From Tricharina praecox (lineage: Eukaryota), in contig NW_026250429.1 of the NCBI RefSeq assembly GCF_024521635.1, positions 372,001-436,000 on the forward strand: a stretch of DNA of 64,000 bases, in the 5' to 3' direction. How positions within the stretch are numbered: position 1 is the stretch's first letter; each line of letters opens with the position of its first letter. A program made the translations under genes and the position numbers. Positions 1 through 10,760 of the stretch are shown piece by piece. Under the pieces are notes generated by a model. It was not told the origin of the DNA. It ran no database searches and saw only the letters and a program-made list of their open reading frames with translations.

Positions 1-198
1 CTATCTATCCGTTCTCACGACCGCGGTTTATAAGGAGATGGCTGCATCGTACCATCTCTTCTGCCCGATGTTGTCACCAACAAAACTAGCTGCTGGTCCG
101 TGCGTTCGTTATTTCTTTTTAGTTCCGCTTCCCATTTCTGACTCGACTTCGATTTCCAATTCCCCACACAACAGACCTCCACAACACAACCAGCCCAC

Positions 199-1265
199 AT
201 GTCGAAACCATTTCCCTTCATAGACGCTGCTGGTAGCACGCCGTCGCCGCCAAAGACTGCACCGCCAGCTCCTGTCGTCGGTTGCGAGAAATTGCTGCAG
301 CGCATCACCGCCGATATCGCCAGTGCAGGTGCCGCGACGATGATTATCGCGCCTCGTAGGGTCCCCTAGCTGTCAATTACGAGTGGAAAAAGTGGAAGCT
401 GATGGAGCGGACAGTCATATGCCTCATAGACCGCAGTATAATGGAGAACGCATCGGGGAAGACCAGTTCGGTGCTCGAGAGTGCGAAACTGCAGTTCAAG
501 ACCATCGTCACCAAGCCGCATAGGTTCATCTTTTCAAAACCATTTGCGCTCATATACGTGAGTTCTTCCTCGGCGAAGAAAGGAACGCCGGAACGCCGGA
601 AGGAAGGCAGCGGGTGAGATTTAGGACTAATGGGAAGCGACGGAACAGATGACCTACTTTGGAACGTATATGACCGCGAACACAATCGATACCGTCTCTG
701 CAGTGCGAACGGGTGGCGATATCAAAGTAGTCACATCAGGCACGGAGAAGTTTCTTGCGACATCTACGTATGGCTTTCCCTCTCCTCTCCCGGCTTATGG
801 TGGTGCTGATTCCGTCACAGAGCAAACATGTCCTTGGGCCTAATCAAAGACCGCAACTTCGCCCGCCTCTTCGGCACTGGCACGCCTCGACCCGTTCCCT
901 TACCATCCTTCGTCCTCTTCTCCATCCGCGATGCCATGACCATCATGTTCAGCTTCAACGTGCCGTCCCGGGTCTCGCATCTGATGCCGAACGCTTCGCC
1001 CTTCATGTCCTCGGAGTCCATCGCGCAGTTCGTGTCGCCCGTGAGCTGCCAGGTGCTATCCACACCGCTGCACTTGTTCGGCCTCGACCTCTACAATCGA
1101 GGCAGGAACGTCACCTGGAGGGAGCGGCTCCAGATGATAAAAGTGAATTATTCCCAGAGTACGCTGGCGAGGATGTGTAGGATTGTCCCTGCGTTTGGCT
1201 TTGGAGGCGTGACGAACACGAAGGTTAGGAGGAGTCTGTTGGAGAAGATTGAGGATAGCGCGTAG
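199..1265 (+). CDS. Conserved uncharacterised fungal membrane protein (distantly sideroflexin/carrier-like), 4 exons
   Basis: ATG at 199; introns ~356-414, 558-648 and 768-820 (GT..CTRAY..AG) join ORFs 402-617, 649-843 and 828-1265 in frame. Motifs IDRSIMENASG, TYMTANTIDT, KDRNFARLFG, RDAMTIMFSFN, STPLHLFGLDLYNR, RIVPAFGFGGV. Confidence 0.75.
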
Positions 1266-1705
1266 GAGAAGGTTTGGCATGCATACACGGTGGGTTGAAA
1301 AGTCGCTGTTACGATTTCGTTCGTTCGTTCGGACGGGCATGGGATGGGATAGATGGGCGTTTTTGCTGCTGCTGCTGGTGTTTTGATGATTGCCTTCTTG
1401 TTCGCCTCAAATTCTTCTTCTGATACCGACGCTGATATTGGCTGGCTGGTTGATACCACGATGATTTTCCTTCTTCGGCTTCTTTTTGTTTGATAGATAG
1501 ACCTTTCCTTTTCTTTTGCAGATCCGCGCTGGATCGCTGTAAATAAAAGTTGGCCATTGCGTTGAGCATTACCGCACACATGCACCCTAACCTCATCCCA
1601 TAGGGCCATCGGCCCATCGCTAGGGTCCACCCACCCGTAGTGACTAGAGTATCGTTAAACGCGTCGCGTCCCCTCTCCCCACCACCGCCCACACCCACGA
1701 CCACC

Positions 1706-2260
1706 ATGCCGACCGCACCCCCGCCCAACAGCACCACGACCGCGACCACCGCGCCCCCGGCCCCCTCTACGAATGAAAAGCGGCGGCCCGCCACACACGC
1801 GCCCCCGGCGCTCGAAGCGCAGACCTCGACGGGCTCCGTCAACTCCAACGGCCTGCACGCGCACGAGGGGATCGAGGGCATGGGCTGGGACACACTACCG
1901 CTCTCGGTTCTGCACAGCTACCGCACCGCATACCACCTGTCCGTCCCGTCCGCGTCGGAACCCTACCGGAACATGGTGCTCAACGCCGGCGTGGGCCGGC
2001 GGAGTCCGGCGGGACGGGGGGGCGGCGGCCGCGGAAGGGTCGCGAGGGAGGTGCTCGCTACCGCCGTGAGGAAGAATTTTAATGCGCAGCCGATCGTCGA
2101 GAACGAGGTCATCGTTAATTTTCTGTACTCGGTCAAAAACCAAGGTGAGTCCGGATCGTTTTGCGGGGAGAGGGGGGCGGGGAGCTGCGCACGGCTGGGG
2201 CTGATAGGTGGACTACCGGCAGATAAGAAGTTTCGATTGAGGTTCCCGCCGCAGAAATAG
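1706..2260 (+). CDS. Histone deacetylase complex subunit with SAP30 Sin3-binding domain
   Basis: WDTLPLSVLHSYRTAYHL ... LATAVRKNFNAQPIVENEVIVNFLYSVKNQ-DKKFRLRF matches the SAP30 C-terminal pattern; intron 2145-2222 (GTGAGT..CTGAT..CAG). Confidence 0.8.
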   Translation: MPTAPPPNSTTTATTAPPAPSTNEKRRPATHAPPALEAQTSTGSVNSNGLHAHEGIEGMGWDTLPLSVLHSYRTAYHLSVPSASEPYRNMVLNAGVGRRSPAGRGGGGRGRVAREVLATAVRKNFNAQPIVENEVIVNFLYSVKNQGESGSFCGERGAGSCARLGLIGGLPADKKFRLRFPPQK

Positions 2261-2854
2261 CGGAGGGATGGGAGTTTGGAGTTTGGAGTTTCGTTTCGTT
2301 TCTTCTGTGGATGTCTGAGAGCAGTGGAATTACCCGTGTTGATGGGGCCCGAGTGTATGGTGTATATATGAGGATGTGAATTGTATTGATATCCTTCCTG
2401 CTTGCTGCTTCTAAGGCTTGGACTGAGGGGGTTTTCGCGAAGGCATGTTTGAGCTATGCTAGAGCTCATAGATAGGCCGCGTGAGGGTGAATAGTTCATC
2501 GGATCTCACACTATCCGTAGCCGGTTGTCGAGTGATCATGACAGTATATCTGGGTCGGCAATCACCCCAGGCTCATCCGTAACCGTTTCAGCAATGTTTC
2601 TCAGGCTTAAAAGTACACCCTTCTACAGTCCTTCTTTACTGCGAAGGGGCTTGGTTGCTTCACACAGTCAATTATAGATATTTGGTACAGATGGTGGCAG
2701 TGGGTACGTGCCCGAGGCGGCTGGGTATGAGGAGACGGGAACGAGGTGGAAGTCAGGAGTGAGTGAGTGGATAAGCGGAAGGGAGGTATAGCAGACGCTA
2801 CGAGGTAGGGGGCAGGGGCCGGAACAGGAGGGTATGGTACCTGCGGTCAAGAAA

Positions 2855-3078
2855 GGCCATCTTTTTACGGTTCTAATTTCAAGCCAGCTAGCAGCCGGCA
2901 GTAGATGTGAAATCCGTGGAGTGGAAAGGGCACGGGCATTGTACCTCCCTATAGATTTAGATTCCTGGTCCAATTTTGGTGTGAAGTTCTTTTACAAGAA
3001 GAAATACCGGGTTTTGTATGGAATTCATGCTCGAGTGCACCAAACTCTCGCGAGATGGTGACTGATTTTTACTCTAGA
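2855..3078 (+). repeat. Dispersed ~230-bp repeat, copy 1 (direct copy at ~47266-47508)
   Basis: Shared strings ggccatctttttRcggttcta, ttagattcctggtcc, gggttttgtat and agtgcaccaaactctc occur in the same order at both loci. Confidence 0.8.
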
Positions 3079-4223
3079 GTTAAAATGTAGTGGTCTCATG
3101 TACTCGGTCGGAGCATGAACTTAAGAGTGAGAACTTTTCGGACCTGGAACTCAGCTGTTCAGCTAGGTACGATTCGAAATACGGGCCTCCGGACCGAACT
3201 CCACCAGCAGATAGCGTGTCCCACCGGGATATCTCCTGCGCCATGCGCCTTGGAAACTGACGGGTGGAAGAATCCATGGTCAGTAGGTAAGAGATGTAGT
3301 GGTACAATGAGACACATGTCGTCACTCACCGTCTAAAACCTCACTCGCTCTTGCAGTTCTCATTCACTTTTGGAAGCCATGCACTTCCAAGCCTCCTGGC
3401 TGCTCCAGTGCTCCTTGACTCTTCTAAGCCTCACAGTATGTACTCATTTACGTTTGCAGCCCCAGGCCCTACTTACTCTCTTAAGCCCCATTCCTACTGG
3501 CCCAGAAATCTTGCCGAGCAAAGGGACCGTAAATCTCTATCGACACGTCGCATTCAAGACGGTACACCCACATGTGTGAAAAGGAGGGCCAGAGCTCGTG
3601 AAGTGTGGTCTGATTTGCTAGCATGTACAGACGCCGAGCGAACGGGATGCTTCGCCTTCAGCCCACCCATGCATAGCAGTTCTCAGCAAGACCCTCCCAG
3701 GTTAAAGGTGTGCCTTCTATGATGGTATTCTACGGGGTGCGGCTTGTTTTGTTCGGCGTCCTTGTGGGCATGTTTCGGTAGGTATCCCGTGCATAGGCTC
3801 GATAGCATCATAGGCGGCCGGTGCTTGGGCTTCTATGAGCTGCATATCGGTATACACTTGATTGGGAAGGCGGGTGGTGGAGGAACAATTGGAGAGAAAG
3901 AAATACGAGGATCCGGATCCATTGACCAGCGACAACTCAGTATTCAGAGCCCCCGAAAGCGTAACCTCAAGCTCCTCAGAGCTATCCGGAAGCTCCTCAG
4001 AGCTGTCCGGAATTGTAACCTCGATGAACAAGTCACCGCCGTTAACAATTGTTACGATCTGATCCACATTGAAATGGGACGAATCCGGTAGGAACTTCTT
4101 ATACGGCTCTAGAGCCGGCGAGTCGGCAGTATGCCAGACACGCATGTGGACCGTGGTCCAAGAGTCGCTCCTCCTTCGCTCCGTCGGCTTCTGAGCCGTG
4201 TGATTGCGTCCATTGTAGCTTTA

Positions 4224-5035
4224 GGTATTATCTCAGATAACTGACCTGTCGCACAAAGTCATTAGCGCTGTTACTTCAGACCGATTCTTTCCAACAGACT
4301 TCCCTAACATCATCATCTTCAGTATCGCTAAGCTTAGCAAACAGCTCTACAACCACATGCTGCCTACCTACCTCTTCCAGTCGCTTGCTTCTCCTGGCTA
4401 CTAGCTACTGGTTCAACTGGAACGCGCACCTTTTCCCATGCGCGCTGAGAAAGTGACCGCTGAGCCTGCCGAGGATGCGTCCACTGAACCTTCCACGGGC
4501 ACGCCCACCGAACCTGTCAAGAGCACATTGCTCAACCTACCGAGAGCGCGGCTGCCGAGAGCGCGCCCACCGAACCAGGCAAGAACGCGTCCACTGAGCC
4601 TCCCATGAGCGCGCCCACCAAGTCTGCTGCTGAGGACGCGTCAACCGAGTCTGTCAAGAGCGCGCCCACTGTGCCTTGTAGACATCTTTGACTAGTGATC
4701 AGTCCGATATTGGATATTGTTGTCTTCATCACTGTCGTCGTCAGGAGCATATTCAGCCGTAGACGTAAGAAGAGCTGCGAATTTTGATGACTCTGTCGGT
4801 GCGTGCTATTTTCGGAGGAAAAGTGATCTTGTTGTTCTCCATTATGGTTTCCGTGATTTCTATCGACTTGATCTTTGTCGAGTGTACTGCAATGCTCTAC
4901 ATCTGCCATTCCCACGATGCTTCAGGAGTTCCAGCCGCACTAACCTAATCGACTGATGTTCTGCTGCCGCGCTGGCGCTAACCAGAATCACGCTAGTGTG
5001 TTTCACTGAGCGGTCGGTTATCCGAGATAATACGG
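4224..5035. mobile_element. Non-autonomous TIR element (Tc1/mariner-pogo-like, TA-flanked) nested in segment L
   Basis: 22-bp inverted termini gtattatctcagataactgacc (4225-4246) and ggtcggttatccgagataatac (5012-5033) match at 20/22. TA at 4222-4223 and 5036-5037. The interval is missing from the partner copy at ~22970-22987. Confidence 0.7.
4460..4675 (+). repeat. Degenerate 24-bp tandem repeat (ESAPTEPx-like coding remnant) inside the TIR element
   Basis: Recurrent gcgcccaccgaacc / gcgtccactgagcc units with ~24-nt period. Confidence 0.7.
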
Positions 5036-6577
5036 TAGGCGGTTTGCTGGTGGTTTCGTTCTCGCTACCTCCTGAGGTGGGAATGTTTGACATGTCGGGG
5101 GCTGTTGTAATGCTAGGTACTGCAGCGGCAACTTGTCGTTTGTAGGAATCCGTGATGAGCTCTGCTGTTCGCTCCTCCACTGCCTACCAAATCAAAAAAA
5201 AAACCATGACCGCACTCTGTGCAAGTCGTCTCGCCCCACGGACACAGTCCGCACACACAGAACCCCGCCGGGGCACGTCTGACCACCTCTAGGGACCTCG
5301 CTCCCGTCCCCAGCTTCCTCTCGTCGGTATTTTCTTCCCCACCCCACCACCGCCGGGGCAGCACTGCCCCGCCAATAGCTCAGCAACGGATGCCCGTAGG
5401 CACTTCCATAGGCGGCCTGGATCGAATCTCTCTCGAGTGATCCGGACAATGTTCCACCCGCGGATTTCCCTCCTTCGATTCGCCACCGTGGATCTCCCAC
5501 TCAGGGTGGGATAGGGATGCTGAAAGCGGGATCCTTCGTTGTCCGCATCTGTTGCGTTATATATGGAAATCATTCCATGCCACGGTGGTCGAGTTCTGGC
5601 TCTGGTTCTTCCCAGGGGTTCTTGTTCTTCTTGTTCTTCTTCTTCTTGCTCTTCTAAGCTGGGCTCTTCTGTGGCTCGCTCAGCCCCGGCCCCGAGCGTT
5701 GGTTTCATCATCCGTCGCTTCGTGTTCCGGGCATCCCCGGATATCGATAGGGATGGGGAATGTGATCCGTTCGGTGACTTCAATATTAAGCCACGCGAAC
5801 CGCGAGTGAACGTGGAGCCTCAGCTCGATGGCAGGTTAATCCACCCACCAGAGGCCATAGCCCCCGGTAGATCACCTGTCATCATCTTCTTCTTCTTCTT
5901 CTTCTTGGTCCAGTTTTCTGGACAGCCTCCGCCGCCGCTTCCGCCGCACCCCGTCGAACACTGAAAGTGTTTCTGACGGGGACAAATTTTTGTCGGCTGG
6001 CTTCACGCCACTTTGTTGAATCAATCAGCACGGCTTCTAAGGAAGGACTAACACTGACAGACGTCGCGAACCAGTGCAGTGGATGGAATAGAACTTACCG
6101 TACGAGCCCTTAATGGGGCGAACCTGGTTACCACAACCGAATCTAGCTTCGGCGTAAACTTTATCGGCACTGAGCCGAGCCGATGCCGATTGCCCCGAGG
6201 GCCGAGGGCGGAATGTTGATGGTTCCAAGTAGATCGGTTGGTGTAAGCCCTCAACTGTTGTGGAGTGAAGTGGAAAGAAAGGTGGCACGTTCATCGAAAC
6301 TGTCGACTGTTGTGGGGCGAAAAGAAAGAAAGAAAGAGAGAAGATGTCTTTCGGAGATGGTTGCGGTTGTGGTTTTGTGGTGGAAAACCGGCGAAAATGT
6401 GCGCTACCGTGCCCCAACGCCGAACCCTAAGAGCAGCCGCTCAGACACAGCCCTACGCAAATTCAATTATGTATAGCCCTATGTAACCGAATTGCAGTGA
6501 GTGAGCAGTAGTGCTATGTACACGGATATTTGATATCGGATACATCGCAGCAAGGCGGGCAGCGGCGCCACATCGTG

Positions 6578-7220
6578 CCATCATGACAGCAATCCGCGCC
6601 CAAAAACGCCCACGCCTCTCCCTCCAGCCTCACCAGCAGATTCAAGTGCCAGGGCAAATGCCCCGGCGCATCTAGGTAGTTACCACCCATGTACAGTGCG
6701 CCATCGCCGCGTAGATCCAGCGCGTGCGGGTAGCTGCATGCAGATATCTTGTCGTAGGCCGAGGTCGAAGAGCACGTACACTTCTGGGGACTGCGAGGAG
6801 GGCAGCGAGAGGTAGTCGGTTGGGAATGGAGTCACGGTGAAGAACCGCCTGGAAGTGCGTGCGTGCGGGGAGGGGGGGCATGGTGGGACCGTTGCCGCGG
6901 GGGTACCTACCTAGGTATGGCCCTCGAGGGGGGGCGAGTATGCCGACTTATTTGTAGTGATAATGATGGACTGGAGGGGATGAGGCCGAGGTCCTACGGC
7001 TTCTACTGGTCTGGCCACGGTTGGGGGTTAATATAAGTACCACACCTATGTCAATCGAAGATCTTCACCCCACCCCATGGCCGGTAAGTCTAATCCTTGG
7101 ATCGAGGATGACATCTGATACATACCTGTGACCAGCAGTCCGAGCTTGTATCCCTACTCTGGGTGTATCAGTTCCATCTGTCCTGAAGATTTGTTACATC
7201 CAGAAATCAGAATCGAACTG
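6578..7220 (-). repeat. Segment R' of inverted duplication (partner ~23743-24496); includes a truncated metallo-beta-lactamase pseudogene copy (6578-6881)
   Basis: The reverse complement matches 23743-24496 continuously: agttcgattctgat, gaagatcttcgattg, ccgcggcaacggtcc, ctcttcgacctcggcctacgaca, ggggcatttgccc.ggca, ttgctgtca.gatgg. Confidence 0.88.
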
Positions 7221-8065
7221 CATCATCCGCAGTCGAGTGATTTATCATGTCACTTGACCGGGAATCTCATCTCCCCCACCAGGTAATCACCCCCAGCATA
7301 AGGCCACCACTACGATCATCATCACAATACTGAATGCAGACAGCTGCAGGATTCCTGGCCAAATCATCTTCCGTACTAGGTAATCCCCCGACTCTACCTA
7401 GATATTCGAGTTCAAGTTGAGTGTTGATCGAGTGATTCCTCATGTAAAGTTATCAACACTGTGTTTGAACTTTGAAGACCGATGTTTCGTGCATACCGCA
7501 GCGATCAGGGAGTTTAGGTACGTATTGGAGTGAGAAAGACGGTGATGGTGATGGTGAAATGAGTTCAATGATCATGAGTACCTACTTCGTACCACGGGTG
7601 GTGGTTTCTCATCCATCCGTAATTAATCATTAGCCAACTAAGTAAGCAAACGCTTATTCCTCCTGTCCTGAATCCCGAATCCTCCAAACATAGGTAACGT
7701 TACAGACGACGTCTATGGCATCCAATGTCCATTCCATCCCCCAGCATTTCATGCGTCCCTTTACTCCACCGCCCCTCCTTATCCTTATCCATATCCCTAT
7801 CCGGAACACATCCCCAAGTTCCAACAAAGCCGCTCCCAAACCGCGGGTATAAAAACCAAGCCAAACCAAACCAAACCACAAGCCACGCCTCACGCCTCAC
7901 GCCCCGCAGAACCCAAAACAAAAAACAAAAAGCAAAACGCAACCGGCCCCAGCCTGCCACCGCGTACGAGTGAGTAGGTAGTCAGGCATTTCAAGCCATC
8001 CGTATGTAGGTATTCCAATAAAACAAACAAAAAAAAATCCCACCCAGCCCCCATTCCCCCCCCGT

Positions 8066-9997
8066 CTATACAGTGTTCTCGATCCCGCCCAAAACCGCAG
8101 ACCTATGCATGCCCATCTTTATGCCTACATTTGGCATATAGGTAGTGGGCTTCGTGGGGCTTCTATTCGCGCGCTCCCTCTTGAGGGCATCCAGCTCGCG
8201 TCTCAGCGCCTCATTCTCTCGCTGCAGCTGGTCGAGTTTACTTCTGCCTGTGTCACCCGTGGCGTCCTCGTCCTCGTAGACACTCAGCTCGTCCTCCATT
8301 CCCCTGCGGAGAATGTCTAATTTCTCATCAACGAACTCATCGCGCCACTCAGCGTCCTGCACGCGCGCCTCCATCGCCGCGCGCCGCGCGTCCTCCAGCC
8401 GCGCCTCCATCTCGTCTGCCATCTCCTCGCGCACGCTCTGCTCGATCATCAGGCAGCGGTCTTCGGCGTCGCGCCAGCGGCTCTCAGTCTCCTCCAGCTG
8501 GGCGACGAGACGGCGGATTAGCGCGTCTTTGCTGAGCGTGTTGGGCCCGCCACCGCCAACGCCGCCGCCAACGCCGCTGCCGCCGGGGCCCTCGGTGTCC
8601 GAGAGGAGCTCGGTGCTGCCTGAGACGGTGCGGATACTGCGTGGTGGGGGCGGGTGCGACACGATCGCTTCTTTGGCGAGCGCGGAGTATTTCAGGACTT
8701 GTAGCGTCGGGTTGTAGTCGCCCATGGGGTCCGCGGTGACGAGGATCACGGCTTTTTGCTTGGATATGCCAGTGAAGGTGTTGGAGAAGAGGACTTCGGT
8801 GAGTTTGCTGCTTCGGTAGGGCGGTTGGCTTGCGCTCCCCGGCTGCTGCGACGCGAGGCATTGACCGAGCATCATCAACGACTTGTTGATGCTCCCCGCT
8901 TCGACGAGTTGGCTGCCCGCGGTCTGTGCGTTCCGTGCACGCTCCGAGCCCGCTAGGTCAACGATGTGCAGTGAACTACTGTCCTTCTCCACCCCGCGGG
9001 AACTGAAGCGCTTGATCTCGATCTGCAGGAACGCATGGGATCGGGACGAGGACATGTTCAAGTTCGTCGCGGAGACCTTCCTGCACGTCTGCGCGTGCTC
9101 GACCACCTGCAGCGCCTCGTCGTAGTTGCTAACGCACACCTTCCGCAGGCCCGCAACGACCTTCTTCTGCTCGCGCGATGTCTCCCAGGGGGACTGTGTG
9201 CTCGGCTTCTTGAACAGCAGGGCCTTCCGCCGCGCAGCGGGGTTGACCAACGGCGATTCGTCCAGCAGATCGAAAATCCGCTCGTTGTAGAGTTCATACA
9301 TCGAGATGAGCACGGCATAGCCGCTCTTTGGGTCGCCATCCACCAACACCTCCTCCTCTCCCTCCAGCATTGGTTCCACCGGCGTGGTCGCCGCGATACT
9401 AACGCGCTTCGACGTGCCGGCGGCATGCATGACCTCCATCGCGGCCGCGACGCGGGCAAAGAACGTTGGAGCATCGATCACGACCGCATCGGAGTTATCG
9501 AACGAGGGCATATCCAGTCGCTCGTAGTCGACCATTTTCCCGCGCAGCGCAGAGAACACCACGTCGAGTGACAGCTGGATCATCCCCCGCTGCTCGCTGT
9601 TCCCGAGAATGGTGTGCGTCTTCCCGCTCCCCGTCACCCCCAGCGTCGCCATCATCCCGTCCTTCCCCCGGATCGCATCGTGCACCAGCGGCAGAACAGT
9701 GCTCCGGAACACCTCCAGCTGCGGCGACGCCTCCGAGAACACTCGCGTGAACGAGTATTTCTCGGCGGTGCGGGTGCGCGCGCGGTCCGGCGGCGTGAGC
9801 AGGATCGAGGTGCCTTCCGGACCCGCGGTGATGAAGCGCGAGGAAGCAATGGAGTGGCTTGAGGTTGGCCGGAGTCGTAGGTATACTTGGAAGTATTGTG
9901 CGGGGGTGTGGTGGCGGTCGAACGGCGTGTTGGGACGCTCACGGTCGATGCCGGGGGTTTTGGCGCGGCTTGGGCCGGGGGTTTTGGGGCGGTCCAT
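8066..9997 (-). CDS. Kinesin motor protein, kinesin-6 (Klp9/KIF20-KIF23-like)
   Basis: Single ORF, likely start MDRPKTPG (ATG 9997). VYLRLRP, P-loop GVTGSGKT, ELYNERIFDLL, NMSSSRSHAF, IVDLAGSER, PYRSSKLT; long loop-6 insert and C-terminal coiled coil. Confidence 0.9.
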   Translation of the reverse strand: MDRPKTPGPSRAKTPGIDRERPNTPFDRHHTPAQYFQVYLRLRPTSSHSIASSRFITAGPEGTSILLTPPDRARTRTAEKYSFTRVFSEASPQLEVFRSTVLPLVHDAIRGKDGMMATLGVTGSGKTHTILGNSEQRGMIQLSLDVVFSALRGKMVDYERLDMPSFDNSDAVVIDAPTFFARVAAAMEVMHAAGTSKRVSIAATTPVEPMLEGEEEVLVDGDPKSGYAVLISMYELYNERIFDLLDESPLVNPAARRKALLFKKPSTQSPWETSREQKKVVAGLRKVCVSNYDEALQVVEHAQTCRKVSATNLNMSSSRSHAFLQIEIKRFSSRGVEKDSSSLHIVDLAGSERARNAQTAGSQLVEAGSINKSLMMLGQCLASQQPGSASQPPYRSSKLTEVLFSNTFTGISKQKAVILVTADPMGDYNPTLQVLKYSALAKEAIVSHPPPPRSIRTVSGSTELLSDTEGPGGSGVGGGVGGGGPNTLSKDALIRRLVAQLEETESRWRDAEDRCLMIEQSVREEMADEMEARLEDARRAAMEARVQDAEWRDEFVDEKLDILRRGMEDELSVYEDEDATGDTGRSKLDQLQRENEALRRELDALKRERANRSPTKPTTYMPNVGIKMGMHRSAVLGGIENTV

Positions 9998-10760
9998 TGC
10001 GTGTATGTGTAGATCTTTTCTCGTGGGTATATGGTATGCGTAGCGGAGGGAAAGCGGGATGTGTTTGTGGATGCCCGTAGTGGAGGAAAAGAAGACAGAA
10101 GTTGGCAGGACAAGCTCCAGGGTGAGTACTACTAAACACGTCAACAAGGGCCGTTGTCAAGGACAACGAAGCTAGCTACTTATCGAAGTGCAAATGCATC
10201 ACAACATCGCATGCAGTGGCACCCCTTGCCAGGCAGCAGAGGATTCGTAACCGTCCAGTGTCCACCGCATCTCCGTCCGGGCTTCCTCTCTCGAGTCGCA
10301 AGCCCGGCAAACAAAGGCAGGTCCAAAAGTAAACATTGCTGCCTCCAGGCTCCGCCCCTTCACTTGCAGGAGTGGAGCGTAGTGAAATAGGCAAGTCCTC
10401 TTGTAACAGGTAACTCTAGTTACTGCGCGCCCAATTCCCGGCAACGCTCTCCGTCGTGTCCAGTCTACCGCGTTCAGTCTGTCCTGTGCTGTGCTGTCTG
10501 CCCAGTCCTGCCCAGTCCTCCAGTCCTCGTGGCCGAGGGAGAGAACGTCCGGAAAAAGAGCCCGCCTTGTGTAACGCCAACCCCAACCCTCGCTCATTCC
10601 CATTCCCATCTCCCTTCCTCCCTCCGTCGTCGCACCCACTCTCCTCTCCCTCCTCCACTCCCCTCTCACCCACCTCACACCTCACGCATCCACATCTCGC
10701 ACACACACACCTCTCCCACACCCAATTCCATAACAAACCCGACAAAAAAGCAAGCGCAAC

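Larger units (their letters stand above)
3940..6578 (-). repeat. Segment L of inverted duplication (partner ~21739-23370, + strand); degenerate coding-like sequence
   Basis: Paired near-identical ORF translations on opposite strands: HGSAHFRRFSTTKP (6417-/21896+), GFCVCGLCPWGETTCTECGHG (5364-/22380+), DQIVTIVNGGDLFIEVT.PDSSEELPDSSEELEV (4145-/23245+). Confidence 0.9.

Noticed and set aside
2526..2570. Weak direct similarity to 7231-7296 (gtcgagtgat..catg..aatcacccc)
   Set aside because: Too short and gapped to separate from chance without an alignment score.
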